Shown here piece by piece: positions 1 through 8,867 of a stretch of DNA of 64,000 bases (its first letter is position 1; every line of letters begins with the position of its first letter). A model generated the notes under the pieces. That model did not search any database. It saw only the letters and a list, made by a program, of their open reading frames with translations, and was not told the origin of the DNA. Location of the stretch: positions 1 through 64,000 of IMG/VR virus record IMGVR_UViG_3300037634_005704; one strand, given 5' to 3'. Source of the DNA: a virus. The translations under genes were made by a program, and so were the position numbers.

Positions 1-2473
1 TTCCAAATATAGCTTTAGCACTATCAGCAAATTCAAGAGCATTATCTGATTTATCCCAAACAACATTATTAGCAGCACCGGTAAATGTTACATCACCATC
101 ATGTGTAGCTCCATCATCTACAACTGTGCCAGTTACATCGATGCCTCCAGTAACCGTGTCTAATTTTTTACTTCCCTCATAATATAACTCTGCAGTCGTT
201 GCTGTTGTTCTAATTAAATCATTACCAGCGCTATCTTCTATCGTGAAAGTGTCACTCTGTACAATAATCGCACCCGTACCGGCATCAGTTATATAGCTAT
301 TACTTCCATCATGATAAATTTGTAAATCTGAACCAGTACCAAATGCAGCTTTAGCATTATCATTGAATATCAAATCATCAACTGACTTATCCCAAGTAAC
401 GTTAGCAGCATCACCAGTAAATGTGACATCTCCATTAAGAGTAGTAGCTCCAGTGACTGATAAAGGTGTAGCAGGATTAGTAAGTCCTATTCCAACATTA
501 CCCCCTGAGAAATAAATATCATCCCCTGTTGTTACCCACTGTCCACTAGGATCAGAAATCCAAGAAAGTGTCCCACTACCATCCGAAGCTAATATGTAAT
601 TTGCTCCCGCAGCGTCAGCAGCTGGTAACGTATAAGTGATATTGCTAGCAACAGTACTTGGAGCTTTAAAAGAGATATAATTACTTGAATCAGCATCCGC
701 ATAACGCAACTCATTCTGAGCATTAATCTGGATATCCCCAGTTACATTGACACCCCCAGTAACCGTTTCTAACTTCTTACTACCGTCATAATATAATTCT
801 GCAGCAGTTGCTGTCGTATTGATTAAATTATTACCGGCACTATCTTTTACAGTAATAGTGTCACTTTTCAGAATAAGAGAACCAGTACCGGTATCAGTTA
901 TATAACTATTACTTCCATCATGATAAACCTCTAAACCATCGCTACTAGTACCAAATACAGCTTTAGCATTATCATTGAATATCAAATCATCAACTGATTT
1001 ATCCCAAGTAACGTTAGCCGCTGCACCTGTAAATATTACATCTCCATCATGTGTAGCCCCATCATCTACAACTGTTCCAGTTACATTTATTCCTCCAGAA
1101 ACAGTCTGAAGCTTACTTGAATTGTCATAATAAAGATTTACAGCCCCATCGAGTGTGCAATCTATATAATTCTCTCCACTTGCACTTTCTAAAATAAGAT
1201 TACTGGCCATGACATGGAGATTTCCAGTTCCAGCGTCTTTGACATAGCTATTACTTCCGTCGTGGTAAATTTCTAAATCACCACTTGTTCCAAATACCGA
1301 TTTAGCATTATCGTTAAATATTAAATCATCAGCTGACTTATCCCAAGTAACGTTAGCAGCATCACCAGTAAATGTGACATCTCCATCGTGTGTTGCACCA
1401 TCATCTACAACTGTTCCAGTTACATTTATTCCTCCAGAAACAGTCTGAAGCTTACTTGAATTGTCATAATAGAGAGCTACAGCACCGTCAGCTGCGGCTG
1501 TGAAGAAAGTCTCACTACCAGCTGCATTAGCTAAGATATAACTATCAGTCCGGGGTCTAATAACTGTACCTTTGAGAATTAAATCGCCTGTACCCCCATC
1601 TTCTACATAACTGTTACTTCCGTCGTGATAAATCTGTAGATCTGAACCAGTACCAAATGCAGCTTTAGCATTATCATTGAATATCAAATCATCAACTGAC
1701 TTATCCCAAACAACGTTGGCAGCAGCACCAGTGAACGTTACATCTCCGTCGTGTGTCGCACCATCATCTACGACTGTTCCGGTAATATTTATACCTCCAG
1801 TTACCGTCTGAAGTTTACTTGAATTGTCATAATAAATAGCTACTGAACCATCCGAAGTACACTCTATATAGTTCTCTCCACTTGCATTCTCTAAAACAAG
1901 ATTAGTCCCCATAACCTGGAGATTCCCAGTTCCAGCATCTTTGATATAACTATTACTCCCGTCGTGATATATCTGTAAATCATTAGCTGATCCTACCTGA
2001 ATCTTTTTATTATCTGGGAAATTAAATCCATTCCCATCCATAGTGAAAATCTGGGTCCCATTAGCAGTAAGGCCTACTGTTCCACTAGAAACTGAATACA
2101 ATCCTGTATCAGTATCATTACTAAAAGTAATACTTGGTGCAGTTTCACTACCAGAAGGAAATTCTGTACCTACCGTGACATAATCTGCACCTGATAAAAT
2201 TACACCAAAAAATGCATGCCCACCAGTAGGAGCAGAGCTGAATACAATATTGTTCCCTAATACTTTGAAACCTGAACTACCAGTCGGATCTGGTTCCTGT
2301 ACAATATTGTTAACCGAAATATAAATCTGCTGAGTATTAATTGGAAAGGGTATAGGAACTACACCACCAACCAGTAAAGCGAATGATGTCGTACTCCCAT
2401 TAAAGCTAGAGCTTATATCATCAATAATCCGATTACCTGATTCAGCAACCTGCAGATCATTCCCAATATACAT
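1..2473 (-). CDS. tail fibre-like structural protein, N-terminal ~824 aa (gene runs off the left edge)
   Basis: Minus frame is open from ATG at 2473 to position 1; it is absent from the track because no stop lies in the window. N-terminus MYIGNDLQVAESGN; fibre-type motif APSITFSNDTDTGLYS. At least 5 repeats of LQIYHDGSNSY...LYYDNSSKLQTVxGGIxVTG...ATHDGDVTFTG. Confidence 0.8.
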   Translation of the reverse strand, partial: MYIGNDLQVAESGNRIIDDISSSFNGSTTSFALLVGGVVPIPFPINTQQIYISVNNIVQEPDPTGSSGFKVLGNNIVFSSAPTGGHAFFGVILSGADYVTVGTEFPSGSETAPSITFSNDTDTGLYSVSSGTVGLTANGTQIFTMDGNGFNFPDNKKIQVGSANDLQIYHDGSNSYIKDAGTGNLQVMGTNLVLENASGENYIECTSDGSVAIYYDNSSKLQTVTGGINITGTVVDDGATHDGDVTFTGAAANVVWDKSVDDLIFNDNAKAAFGTGSDLQIYHDGSNSYVEDGGTGDLILKGTVIRPRTDSYILANAAGSETFFTAAADGAVALYYDNSSKLQTVSGGINVTGTVVDDGATHDGDVTFTGDAANVTWDKSADDLIFNDNAKSVFGTSGDLEIYHDGSNSYVKDAGTGNLHVMASNLILESASGENYIDCTLDGAVNLYYDNSSKLQTVSGGINVTGTVVDDGATHDGDVIFTGAAANVTWDKSVDDLIFNDNAKAVFGTSSDGLEVYHDGSNSYITDTGTGSLILKSDTITVKDSAGNNLINTTATAAELYYDGSKKLETVTGGVNVTGDIQINAQNELRYADADSSNYISFKAPSTVASNITYTLPAADAAGANYILASDGSGTLSWISDPSGQWVTTGDDIYFSGGNVGIGLTNPATPLSVTGATTLNGDVTFTGDAANVTWDKSVDDLIFNDNAKAAFGTGSDLQIYHDGSNSYITDAGTGAIIVQSDTFTIEDSAGNDLIRTTATTAELYYEGSKKLDTVTGGIDVTGTVVDDGATHDGDVTFTGAANNVVWDKSDNALEFADSAKAIFG
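3..1990 (-). repeat. tandem ~336-363-nt coding repeats inside the tail-fibre gene
   Basis: Anchor ccaaat..agctttagca (one variant ccaaataccgatttagca) recurs at 3, 339, 951, 1290 and 1653. The YHDGSNSY-coding block recurs about 40 nt upstream of each. The 339-951 interval carries an extra unrelated ~270-nt insert. Confidence 0.85.
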
Positions 2474-2544
2474 TTGTATTTAGTAACTTATTATTCTCTA
2501 TTGTATTCTGCCCTTATTTATCTATCTAACCTAATCTACTAAAA

Positions 2545-2886
2545 CTATGTCTGATCAAGATAGCTCACAGTTAAATCAATCGCAGATGCAGTATCCGCAC
2601 GTGCTCTAAGAATGTCATCAGATTCAAGAACAAGCTTACTTCCAACAGTTAATTCCAAAGATGATCCAGCTGGAATTGGTACACTCTTCAAAAGATAGAC
2701 GTTGTCTCCACTACTTGGTACTAAATAAACATCTATATTCGCATTAGTACCTGTCTTGTTAGCCGCTAATACGTTAATTATGACAAGCGTCGAAGAAGAA
2801 CCGGCGGTCACAATATTTGTATCAGCACTAGCCACTGCTGAAGTAGATAAGCTGGACTTAGTTGCTTGTTTAAAAGTATTGGCCAT
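2545..2886 (-). CDS. hypothetical virion-module protein (113 aa)
   Basis: ORF track. The start abuts the stop of the upstream gene (TGAATG at 2884-2889). Ser/Thr/Ala-rich; lies between two fibre-like genes. Confidence 0.6.
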   Translation of the reverse strand: MANTFKQATKSSLSTSAVASADTNIVTAGSSSTLVIINVLAANKTGTNANIDVYLVPSSGDNVYLLKSVPIPAGSSLELTVGSKLVLESDDILRARADTASAIDLTVSYLDQT

Positions 2887-3291
2887 TCAAGCTAATGCTA
2901 TGGTGATATTGATGTTGTCATTAGAGTTGAACAATCCATCCACAGTTAAACTCCCTGTAATAGAAGTATTGCCTGGAATAGTAATTGATCCTGACCCATC
3001 TATTGTAAGTCTAGCAACACCACCAGTAACTACAGAAACTTGATCGGCACCAGGGGATATTATTCCTGTATTAGGATCACCTGCAAATTTAAATGCACAA
3101 CTATTTACCGCCCCTAAAGAGAAAGAACAATTAGTCCCATCTTCTCTTAAAAGAGGAAAACCACCAGCATTAGTTCCATCGTGGATAACACAGACTTGTT
3201 TATCTGTATCTACAGTAACCTCACCTGCAGCCCCCGTAAAAAGGCCTGTTTCATTAGATGTGCCTCGCCGGAATTGTACTTGAGTTGCCAT
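2887..3291 (-). CDS. short tail fibre-like protein (134 aa)
   Basis: N-terminus MATQVQFRRGTSNETGLFTGAAGEVTVDTD fits the xQxRRGT...GE..vDtD motif seen at the start of many phage fibres (Mtd_N-like). Gly-rich beta-like remainder. Confidence 0.65.
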   Translation of the reverse strand: MATQVQFRRGTSNETGLFTGAAGEVTVDTDKQVCVIHDGTNAGGFPLLREDGTNCSFSLGAVNSCAFKFAGDPNTGIISPGADQVSVVTGGVARLTIDGSGSITIPGNTSITGSLTVDGLFNSNDNINITIALA

Positions 3292-3321
3292 ACCTAATTT
3301 TACGTGTAAGAAACTTACTCT

Positions 3322-3555
3322 TTAAAAAAGTAAGCTAGGAGTAACACCAAACTCTTCATATCCTAGAGGAGACATATCTGATCCATCTGCAAACTCACCC
3401 TGGCTATACATACTTCCAGTAGGAATATGAGTCCCACTTTGACTATAAGATGATGAACCACTCCGATATTCTTTCCATTTAGAAGCCTTATCTTTAGCTT
3501 CATCCCAGCCGCCATTAGCCATTACAATGGGAAAATCATTGTCACCCATCGTCAC
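3322..3555 (-). CDS. hypothetical protein (77 aa)
   Basis: ORF track. The GTG at 3555 overlaps the upstream stop; an alternative ATG lies at 3549. Same-strand gene train. Confidence 0.5.
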   Translation of the reverse strand: MTMGDNDFPIVMANGGWDEAKDKASKWKEYRSGSSSYSQSGTHIPTGSMYSQGEFADGSDMSPLGYEEFGVTPSLLF

Positions 3556-3788
3556 GCCACACCACCAAGTTGGTGCAGAAATTCACCAACCTTATCTCTT
3601 ATTCCGATACCCTGAGAAGCAGCATTCATAGGGTTAGTTTTTGCTGCTGCAGCCATATTAGCAGCTGCGTAAGGAGCACTAACAGCCTGACCCTGAGTTA
3701 CATAACCACCAGGTAACTTTGATTGACGACGAGGATCACCCAAAGCCGTCATATCAAATCCAGCTTGATCAAAACCGTCGCCGTTCAT
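3552..3788 (-). CDS. hypothetical Gly/Ala-rich protein (78 aa)
   Basis: ORF track; same-strand gene train. Confidence 0.5.
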   Translation of the reverse strand: MNGDGFDQAGFDMTALGDPRRQSKLPGGYVTQGQAVSAPYAAANMAAAAKTNPMNAASQGIGIRDKVGEFLHQLGGVA

Positions 3789-3836
3789 TACTTTATAGAC
3801 TATTTATATTAATTATAAAGCTATAACTATCTATAA

Positions 3837-5042
3837 TTAACCAAACATTCCAGGCGGTGGAGTCCAGCTACCTCCCACAGGGGTAGGAACATTACCTCCC
3901 ACAGAGGCAGCAGGCATAAAGTCCCCATGAGTAAAAGGTCTACCATGACCTCTCTGCCATTGCTGATCACCTAAATGTGTTTGCCATCGTTGATCATTAC
4001 TAAATGCACCTGACTGTGCAGCTGGACTGTTAGCAGTTGCATCAAGCCATTGGTCACGCGCCTGAATTTCAGCAGGGCTCATTGCTTCCTGTAACATCTG
4101 AGCTTCTAAATTAGCCTCATTTTCTAATTGTTGGCCAAGTTCGAGTCGCCTTAAAGCAATTTGCCTGGCACCGCCACCTCTTTGGTAAAAAGCACTAGAA
4201 CCTTGCAACTGGTCTAACTCCCCTAGAGTTCTGATATCACTAAGTCCTCCTCCTTGTAAGGCTTGATTCTTAGGAATATCTATAGTTGGAGATATATCAC
4301 CTAAGGGAATTTGGAATTTAGTACCTGGAATACCGATTGATCGATCAGTATACTTTCCAAGCCCACCAGTTCTTGAATGAACCGTACCTCCACCTACAAC
4401 AGGTCTAGTATCTTGAAAAGAACCACCAGGTTGACCTTTGACAGGAATCCCAGCTGAAGTTGTCATTCCAGGTGGAATGTATGCGCCTTGCCTCAGACGT
4501 TCCTGAAGTTCATAATCTTTAGTTCCTACAGGAATATTTGCCATTCCTGTATTAATAGCATTACTATTATTCACTCCCTTTGGTGGAACAAGTTTATCAA
4601 AAAGTCTCCCACCTGCTTCCCAACCAGCTCCACCTCCAGCTGTAGCTAGCGCAAAATCAGCAACAGGTAAAAAAGGAGAATCAGCAAAAAATCCAGTAGC
4701 ACCTCCTAAAGCAGTTCCTAAAATACCTCCTCCAAACTGAGCTGCCGGACGTCCATAAGCCCTCAAAGGCCCCTCTTCTGATTGGTTAGCAAGACCAATA
4801 CCTGCAGTACCAGTTGCTGCAAGACCTTTCTCCCAACCCGGCGTCTTAACAAGATTACTAGCAAATTTCTGAAGAAATTGAGGAGACCTATCATATGCAG
4901 GTCTAAGCATCTCTTTACCCCACCGCCAAGCTGCAGGATTAGAACCCATCGCTGCCCGTTGACCTGCCATATTCCTAGCAAGCCACAACTTGTTCATAAG
5001 CTGTGGACCTAATACCCTAGCTCCCTCATAAATAGTTTTCAC
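3837..5042 (-). CDS. Gly/Ala/Gln/Pro-rich virion-module ORFan (401 aa)
   Basis: ORF track, GTG start preceded by AAAGG. Composition resembles the 33-39.7 kb ORFan block. No domain recognised. Confidence 0.65.
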   Translation of the reverse strand: MKTIYEGARVLGPQLMNKLWLARNMAGQRAAMGSNPAAWRWGKEMLRPAYDRSPQFLQKFASNLVKTPGWEKGLAATGTAGIGLANQSEEGPLRAYGRPAAQFGGGILGTALGGATGFFADSPFLPVADFALATAGGGAGWEAGGRLFDKLVPPKGVNNSNAINTGMANIPVGTKDYELQERLRQGAYIPPGMTTSAGIPVKGQPGGSFQDTRPVVGGGTVHSRTGGLGKYTDRSIGIPGTKFQIPLGDISPTIDIPKNQALQGGGLSDIRTLGELDQLQGSSAFYQRGGGARQIALRRLELGQQLENEANLEAQMLQEAMSPAEIQARDQWLDATANSPAAQSGAFSNDQRWQTHLGDQQWQRGHGRPFTHGDFMPAASVGGNVPTPVGGSWTPPPGMFG

Positions 5043-5094
5043 GAGATCTTGTATACCTTTCTTATAATAATATCATCGGGAAATAATAAATAAG

Positions 5095-5265
5095 ATGACA
5101 ACTTTCACCCACGGAACAACATTAGAAACCTTTGAAAATAGAGGACATAAAACCCGATTAGTTTGCTGTCCAGGAGGTGGCATGTGCCGCTATGCAAAAG
5201 ATGAGTATGAAGCAGAGGATTTTGCTCGAATGTTCGAAGAATTTTTTGAATATCATTGTGCCTAG
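5095..5265 (+). CDS. small Cys-containing hypothetical protein (56 aa)
   Basis: Below the track cutoff. Reads MTTFTHGTTLETFENRGHKTRLVCCPGGGMCRYAKDEYEAEDFARMFEEFFEYHCA, which is more protein-like than the antisense track ORF 5105..5308. No clear RBS. Confidence 0.3.
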   Translation: MTTFTHGTTLETFENRGHKTRLVCCPGGGMCRYAKDEYEAEDFARMFEEFFEYHCA

Positions 5266-5318
5266 GTATCTGAGTGTCATATAGTTTTCCTTGAGAATTA
5301 ACAGTCACATACCTAACC
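5263..5318. repeat. imperfect hairpin A carrying a 21-nt repeat arm
   Basis: Left arm taggtatctgagtgt (5263-5277) pairs 13/15 with acagtcacataccta (5301-5315). The 21-mer ttaacagtcacatacctaacc at 5298-5318 is repeated exactly at 5515-5535. Confidence 0.7.
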
Positions 5319-5489
5319 CAAAATCATAAAAATATAAATAAGTGTAAAAACAGTCGAAAAAACAGGGTGGGGAAGTCGCCTTTTTCAACCGTCCTCCGCT
5401 GAAATCCGTTCTCCCAGAATCGATTTACTATCAACACCCAAGTTCAGAAAAAAAAGGGCGGTTTCACTTAGGTACGTATATGTTGTGGA

Positions 5490-5535
5490 TAGGTAGTTGA
5501 CTGTATATAAAGAGTTAACAGTCACATACCTAACC
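5490..5535. repeat. imperfect hairpin B carrying the same 21-nt repeat arm
   Basis: Left arm taggtagttgactgt (5490-5504) pairs 13/15 with acagtcacataccta (5518-5532). Exact 21-mer at 5515-5535. Confidence 0.7.
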
Positions 5536-5649
5536 TCACTTTTCTTAGAAGTAAGTAAATAAGCCTAAAAAAAATTGAATTTGGCTGTTGAATGAGTTAG
5601 GTTGCTACAGCTGGGATCTAAGTAGTTCACTCCTTGCACCCTACTTAAT

Positions 5650-6756
5650 ATGCTTAAAGGATCCGTATTTCTCTATGAAAATCTCACTCCTTACGATCAA
5701 ATTACATTCGCAAAAGCATTTCAAATAGCCCTGCAGTTATGGGATAAAGATGAATGTTGGTGTATGAAAGAAAAAAATCACAACGTATTTAAAGGCTTCA
5801 ATACAAGTAAACCAAATCGCCTCCTCTATAAAAAGCGAGATGCCAGAATTCTTATGCTTGCTATGACGAATCGTTTCTATAGTGAAGAAAAACCTATTAT
5901 TGTTAGATCTGGAAAATGTAAATCACAACACTGTCTAAACCCATCCCATTACTATTGGGGGACAAGAAAAGACGTAGCCCAAGAGAATACAAATCGTAAA
6001 GATAATGGGATTAATAAGGAATTAATAACTGAACTAAGAACTAAAAATAAAGAAGGAATTAATAGTTTAAAGTTATCAAAAATCTATAAAATTCCTTATC
6101 ATATAGTTAGGCGAATCTGTAATAATGAAACTTATAACAGCATTGCACAAGAACTACAATCAGATAGTCTATGGGAGACAACATTAGCGGTATGTGAAAG
6201 TCTCACAACCACATATCCCTTAGAAGCAAAAAAATTCAATCTGACTTATCACGTGACAAACGAACTTGAATGCCCCTGGCATCGACAATCTGAATCTAAA
6301 CATAAAGGTAACTTCGGCTTAATGGGCGAATGCCTAGATTGTTTAGAAGAAATCAAAAATGGACGCTGTACAGTAGATGTTCGAAATTTCGATTTCCAAT
6401 GGTATTGGCAAGTCAAGCGCTTCTGGGATCAAGTTGATATAGGAGATTCAGATCTCTGCTGGAAATGGAGAGGCGCTACCAGGAAAAACAATACGGAATC
6501 AACTGCATATTTTCCATCTCCGTTTCACGCAGCAAAAACCCAGTCTGCTTCAAGGATTGCATTCTGGTTAAGCCGTGGCTATACAGGGAAATATAGAATT
6601 TTCAGTAAATCCTCTTGTGAATCATTCTGCTGCAACCCAACACACCTTACAATCAAAGAACTCAAAGATTGCCCCACTCCAAATGAAATTGAGAGAATCC
6701 GTCTTGCCCATGGAAATATCTTTCAGCACTACAAAGAGAAAGAAGATAGTTGCTAA
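5650..6756 (+). CDS. His-Me finger (HNH-type) homing-endonuclease-like protein with two nuclease-type modules (368 aa)
   Basis: Two C-x-NP-x-H motifs (SQHCLNPSHYYWGT and CCNPTHLTIKE) plus CWKWRG. HTH-like segment LSKIYKIPYHIVRRI between them. Confidence 0.65.
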   Translation: MLKGSVFLYENLTPYDQITFAKAFQIALQLWDKDECWCMKEKNHNVFKGFNTSKPNRLLYKKRDARILMLAMTNRFYSEEKPIIVRSGKCKSQHCLNPSHYYWGTRKDVAQENTNRKDNGINKELITELRTKNKEGINSLKLSKIYKIPYHIVRRICNNETYNSIAQELQSDSLWETTLAVCESLTTTYPLEAKKFNLTYHVTNELECPWHRQSESKHKGNFGLMGECLDCLEEIKNGRCTVDVRNFDFQWYWQVKRFWDQVDIGDSDLCWKWRGATRKNNTESTAYFPSPFHAAKTQSASRIAFWLSRGYTGKYRIFSKSSCESFCCNPTHLTIKELKDCPTPNEIERIRLAHGNIFQHYKEKEDSC

Positions 6757-7081
6757 AGAAAGTTCTATAGAGCCAAGCAATTATCATTTAGGCGATGATA
6801 GGCAATATGCGGCTCTTGTAGCTATAAATGACAAAGTAACTTTCTCAAACTGGTATGACACTAAAGAAGAGGCTGAAAGAGCAAAAGTATTTTTAGAAGC
6901 AGCATTAGATTATGGCTCTTATATAACTATGGAAGAAGAAGGTACATATCCTGAGCGCGCTACAATAATGAGAGAAAGATATGAAAAATCCGGTAGAGAT
7001 GATCCAAATCATCCTATGCATGGATTTTACACTGGATTAGCAACAGAACATGAGCAGATTTCTAACAACAATCCCAAATAA
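6710..7081 (+). CDS. hypothetical protein, weak AP2-like DNA-binding resemblance (123 aa from ATG 6710)
   Basis: Track ORF 6575..7081 trimmed to the ATG at 6710 because the upstream part overlaps the endonuclease gene. The segment QYAALVAINDKVTFSNWYDTKEEAERAKVFLEAAL is weakly AP2-like. Confidence 0.4.
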   Translation: MEISFSTTKRKKIVAKESSIEPSNYHLGDDRQYAALVAINDKVTFSNWYDTKEEAERAKVFLEAALDYGSYITMEEEGTYPERATIMRERYEKSGRDDPNHPMHGFYTGLATEHEQISNNNPK

Positions 7082-7724
7082 CTCAGGATTCTATAATTTT
7101 GGAACTATTGAAGCATATCCAACAGGAGGAACAGGGCCTACAGCATATGGACCAACTTCGTATTATGGCTCTGATCCTCTACCAGCAAACACTGGGGATA
7201 GTCTTAATAACCCAGTAGATTTAGGTACTTTCCCATCTATATTTCGATCAATTCCAATAAAGAATACACATGGTGGATTATCCAGAAAGCAGACAACTTT
7301 TTATAAATTAAAACTACCAGGAGCACGGGCAGTTCAATTTACTCAAGATTATTCACAATTTTCTTATGAAAAGAATACAAATAAAAATACTTTACTAGCT
7401 TTTTATCGAATAACTGAAGATAAACTGAGAGAAGAGCTACCTATAAATGATGAGGGCTATGTATATACAGAAAGTGCAATTGATTATTTAGATGAAAGTG
7501 TAATAAGCGGCGTTGAATCAGAATATCCGACAACAAACTTAGCTGCAGGAGACTATTTATTTCTAATTACAAATGATATTCGATATTTAGAGACAACTTA
7601 TTCAATAACTCTAAATATTAATCTTCTCGATTGGGGGAAAGTTATTGATGAAGTTGATGCTTCAATACTATTTGAATTTGTAACTGATGTAGTCACAGAT
7701 GCCCTTGACTTTGAAAACGTTTAA
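7050..7724 (+). CDS. hypothetical protein (224 aa)
   Basis: ORF track. Its stop overlaps the stop of the convergent gene in TTAA (7721-7724). Confidence 0.55.
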   Translation: MSRFLTTIPNNSGFYNFGTIEAYPTGGTGPTAYGPTSYYGSDPLPANTGDSLNNPVDLGTFPSIFRSIPIKNTHGGLSRKQTTFYKLKLPGARAVQFTQDYSQFSYEKNTNKNTLLAFYRITEDKLREELPINDEGYVYTESAIDYLDESVISGVESEYPTTNLAAGDYLFLITNDIRYLETTYSITLNINLLDWGKVIDEVDASILFEFVTDVVTDALDFENV

Positions 7725-8812
7725 GCGCACTCACGGAGCCCCTTAACAAAGAACGCAACTTCGGCTAATGCATCATTAACTTCAGTACTTTCTAATGGAG
7801 CAATATCAACTTTAAGACGTTCATCACATAAACCTAAGAAACCACCGCCGCCGCCGCTATCGTCAGCCAAAGGTGCTCTATCAGGATAGAAAACATCTGG
7901 CTTAGGATCTCTAGGTTCAACATAGATATTTCTATCTCTCCAGTCCTCATAGATAGGCTCCCAATCCATATCAGCCCAAGCGGGTTCTCTAAATTCTTCA
8001 GTTGGTTGGAATCCAGTAGCAATTTCTTCATCTCTCCGACTCTGCGCTAAGTCATAAGCTCTTTGAGCTCTTAAAGTTCTCTCAGAAGGCTCTCTGTCTT
8101 GTGCCATCTCAAAAGCTTCTTTCCCTGAATAACCTGCATTACGTAACTCTCGTTTATGACTTCTGGCATCAGTCCTATCTTCCTTTTGTGCATACGCTAA
8201 CTCTGTTCTATCCCGGTTTAAGCGTTGCTGTAGTGGAGTTACACCACGATCAAAATCCTTTTGCTCAAGATTTTGTCTAAGTTCATGATTCCGTCTCATC
8301 ACATCAGCCATTTGCTGATATGTTGCTTTTGGAGTTATCTCATGAACAATAGTCGGAGGAGTAGGTGCAGAAGGGACAAAAACAGGTGGTGGAGGACCAA
8401 CCTGTTCTTTATTTCCATTATGTAGAAGTACTCCATCACATACGTATGTATGTGCACCTTCGACTATTATTTCAACTGAATCGCCTGTCCCTAATTTCTC
8501 TGAATCAGTAAATTCTAATTCACCATCCAATTGAGAAACTTTATCTCCTTCCTCTAAATCAATTGCACTAAGCCAACTTTTCCTACTAGGAGAATAAAAA
8601 CGATCTTCTTCTGAACAAGTAAATTTCCTACCTGAGAAGTTAAGATTAACTAAAGGAGATTCAACAATTCGAACATAGCTAATCTCAGCCTCACCTCTTT
8701 TTAAAGTATGTTGATGAAGAGTATCTAATTTATCGCCTATTTTTAGATCTCTTATCGTTTTAGTAACGCCTCCTGCTAAGAGGACCTCCATATCAGGTAC
8801 GCGGACACCCAT
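7721..8812 (-). CDS. Hint (intein-like) domain protein with S74-like C-terminal tag (363 aa)
   Basis: Residues 5-132 read VPDMEVLLAGGVTKTIRDLKIGDKL ... VEIIVEGAHTYVCDGVLLHN, matching Hint blocks A and F/G. The C-terminal 35 aa CDERLKVDIAPLESTEVNDALAEVAFFVKGLRECA are shared with 34934..35542. Confidence 0.75.
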   Translation of the reverse strand: MGVRVPDMEVLLAGGVTKTIRDLKIGDKLDTLHQHTLKRGEAEISYVRIVESPLVNLNFSGRKFTCSEEDRFYSPSRKSWLSAIDLEEGDKVSQLDGELEFTDSEKLGTGDSVEIIVEGAHTYVCDGVLLHNGNKEQVGPPPPVFVPSAPTPPTIVHEITPKATYQQMADVMRRNHELRQNLEQKDFDRGVTPLQQRLNRDRTELAYAQKEDRTDARSHKRELRNAGYSGKEAFEMAQDREPSERTLRAQRAYDLAQSRRDEEIATGFQPTEEFREPAWADMDWEPIYEDWRDRNIYVEPRDPKPDVFYPDRAPLADDSGGGGGFLGLCDERLKVDIAPLESTEVNDALAEVAFFVKGLRECA

Positions 8813-8867
8813 TGTACTACTTTAATTTAATCTCTATACTGATTCTATCTGTCACAAACCCATGTAA

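Noticed and set aside
2887-3291. Diversity-generating retroelement target, suggested by the Mtd_N-like fibre start.
   Set aside because: There is no reverse transcriptase. There is no template/variable repeat pair with adenine-specific mismatches anywhere in the window.
2756-5012. Antisense or alternative-frame ORFs 2756..3043 (plus), 4763..4981 (minus) and 4782..5012 (plus).
   Set aside because: They are embedded in better-supported minus-strand genes of the virion train. Their products look like low-complexity junk.
5105-5308. 67-aa minus-strand ORF.
   Set aside because: The product is hydrophobic and His-rich junk. The plus-strand 56-aa frame 5095..5265 over the same DNA is more protein-like. 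Neither is strongly supported.
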